The position numbers were made by a program, and so were the translations under genes. From Octopus bimaculoides (Eukaryota), in contig NC_068998.1 in NCBI RefSeq assembly GCF_001194135.2, forward strand, positions 12,850,831 through 12,914,830: 64,000 bases of DNA, read 5' to 3'. Under the pieces are notes generated by a model. The model was given only the letters and a program-made list of their open reading frames with translations. It ran no database searches and was not told the origin of the DNA. Positions 61,773 through 64,000 of this stretch are shown here, in pieces. Every line of letters starts with the position of its first letter. Within the stretch, counting starts at the first letter, position 1.

Positions 61773-63687
61773 CATATGTCACACGAGGGTGGCACATCCT
61801 TGCCGGCACATATTGGAAGCCGTATGGCACACTTAGGAGGTTGGCACATCCTTGCCGTTAGTTTCCGTTACTTACCGTTATTTTCCGTTAGTTTCCGTTC
61901 CTTTCCGATATTTTCCGTTATATTCCGTTAGCGGCACATATGGGGAGCCTTATGGCACACATAGGAGGGTGGCACAACCTGAGCGGCACATATGGGGAGC
62001 CCAATGGCACACTTTCGAGGGTGGCACATCCTGGGTGGAGAGCAAGGCGGTAGCAGGTGGAGGGCAAGGAGATAGCAGCGGGTGGAGAGCATCAAAAATT
62101 TTCATTCCAGAGCATCGTTTTCCTTTCCGTTGGTTTCCGTTATATTCCGTTAGCGGCACATATGGGGAGCCCTATGGCACACTTAGGAGGGCGGCACATA
62201 TGGGGAGCCCAATGGCACACTTTCGAGGGTGGCACATATGGGGAGCCCAATGGCACACTTAGGCACAAATGGGGAGCCCTATGGCACATTTACTAGGGTG
62301 GCACATATGGGGAGCCCTATGGCACACTAGGGTGGCACATCCTAGGCGGCACATATGGGGAGCCCTATGGCACACTTACGAGGGTGGCACATATAGGGTG
62401 CCCAATGGCACACACCCTTGTCCCCCCTGATCTTTACCAGTAGGAGGGTGGCACATCCTTGGCAGCACATATGGGGAGCCCTATGGCACCCTTGGCACAT
62501 ATGGGGAGCCCTATGGCACACTTACGAGGGTGGGACATCCTAGGCGGCACATATAGGGAGCCCTATGGCACACTTAGGGGGGTGGCACATATGGGGTGCC
62601 CTATGGCACACTTACTAGGGTGGCACATCCTTGGCACCACATATGGGGAGCCCTATGGCACACTTACTAGGGTGGCACCACATATGGGGAGCCCTATGGC
62701 ACACTTACGATGGTGGCACATATAGGGTGCCCTATGGAACACCCTTGTCCCCCTGAGCTTTACCAGTAGCTAGCTAGTCCCTTGACCCTTGGCGGCACAT
62801 GGGGAGCCCTATGGCACACGAGGGTGGCACATCCTCGGCGGCACATAAGGGGAGCCCTACGGCACACATAGGAGGGTGGCACATATGAGGAGCCCTATGG
62901 CACTGGCGGCACATATGGGGAGCCCGATGGCACACTTACTAGGGTAGCACATCCTTGGCGGCACATATGGCGAGCCCTATGGCACACTTAAGAGGGTGGC
63001 ACATCCTTGGCGGCACATATGGGGAGCCCTATGGCACATATGGCGAGCCCTATGGCACACTTAAGAGGGTGGCACATCCTTGGCGGTACATATGGGGAGC
63101 CCTATGGCACACTTACGAGGGTGGCACATATAGGGTGCCCTATGGCACACCCTTTTCCCCCCTGATCTTTACTAGTAGCTGGCTACTGACCATTTACCCT
63201 TGGCGGCACATATGGAGCCCTATGGTACACTTACGAGGGTGGCACATCGTTGGCGGCACATATGGGGAGCCCTGTGGCACACTTACGAGGGTGGAACATC
63301 GTTGGCGGCACATATGGGGAGCCCTATGGCACACTTACGAGGGTGGCACATATGGGGTGCCCTACGGCACACCCTTGGCCCCTGATCTTTACCAGTAGCT
63401 AGCTACTGACCCTTGACCGCACATGGGATCCCTATGGCACACTAGGGTGGCACATATGGGGCGTCCTTGGCCCCTGATCTTTATCAATCCTTCAGAAATT
63501 CCCTAACCCAACCCTAACCCTTGGCGGCACATATGGGGAGCCCTATGGCACACGGACGAGGGTAGCACATCCTTGGCGGCACATATGGAGAGCCCTATGG
63601 TACACTTACGAGGATGGCACATCCTTAGAGGCATATATGGGGAGCCCTGTGGCACACTTAGGAGTGTGGCACGGCACATATGGGGAG
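61773..63687. repeat. Complex GC-rich satellite, ~52-bp core GGCGGCACATATGGGGAGCCCTATGGCACACTTACGAGGGTGGCACATCCTT, with irregular higher-order blocks
   Basis: Many near-identical units; punctuating motif ccc(c)tgatcttta at ~62.43, 62.75, 63.16, 63.38 and 63.47 kb; embedded (nnTTCCGTTA)n at 61855-61930 and 62120-62152. Confidence 0.92.
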
Positions 63688-63720
63688 GGTCAAAGATCAG
63701 GGGCCAAGTGTCATAGGTCA

Positions 63721-63823
63721 GGACGTCACTAGTAATTTGGCTTTTTTTTTTTTGTATGGTGGTGATGGAAGATTTTCCGGTAATATATTTGTTTAAATTC
63801 TGCGGAAACAAGCGAGGGTCAGG
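63721..63823 (+). repeat. ~103-bp direct repeat, right of the satellite
   Basis: Near-identical to 61565-61669; offset 2156 bp. Confidence 0.9.
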
Positions 63824-64000
63824 TTTTGTGTTAGGGTCAAGGGCCTAAACAAATATGACTGAAAGAAATATAGAAGATAATAAAAAAAAAACAAAAAACA
63901 TAGGTTTGGTTATATTTGTAATATGAATTTATTATTTGACAGTGACAAAAGTACATTAAATACAACTTTTATACGTAGAAAGCCTCCAAAAATACAAAAC

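Noticed and set aside
61852-63811. ORFs of 60-147 aa in the satellite, and a possible CRISPR-like reading of the array
   Set aside because: The ORFs are translations of a stop-poor repeat in several frames. There are no unique spacers and no cas genes, and the context is eukaryotic.

Overview
AT-rich, microsatellite-rich, gapped animal genomic DNA; the SINE families and overall style suggest an octopus (inference, not a database result). Left half: 3' part of a + strand Fer/Fes-family tyrosine kinase gene. Seven exons (SH2 through kinase domain, stop at 29429) assemble in frame with canonical splice sites, and three candidate phase-0 linker exons lie upstream. Its introns hold tRNA-derived SINEs, RTE LINE fragments, a hAT MITE and a fold-back minisatellite. 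Right half: a ~17 kb block (42.2-59.2 kb) of scrambled RTE, Tx1/L1 and Helitron fragments, all on the - strand, bracketed by two diverged copies of a ~0.5 kb segment. It is followed by a structurally conserved U1 snRNA with a non-canonical Sm site (60699-60861, -) and a complex ~52-bp satellite framed by direct repeats 2156 bp apart. No demonstrably new system is proven by sequence alone. Best leads: the co-oriented TE block as a possible uni-strand piRNA cluster, the variant U1 with a possible second copy in a gap, a duplicated terminal splice acceptor that would truncate the kinase, and three pre-miRNA-like hairpins. All alignments and folds were done by eye.
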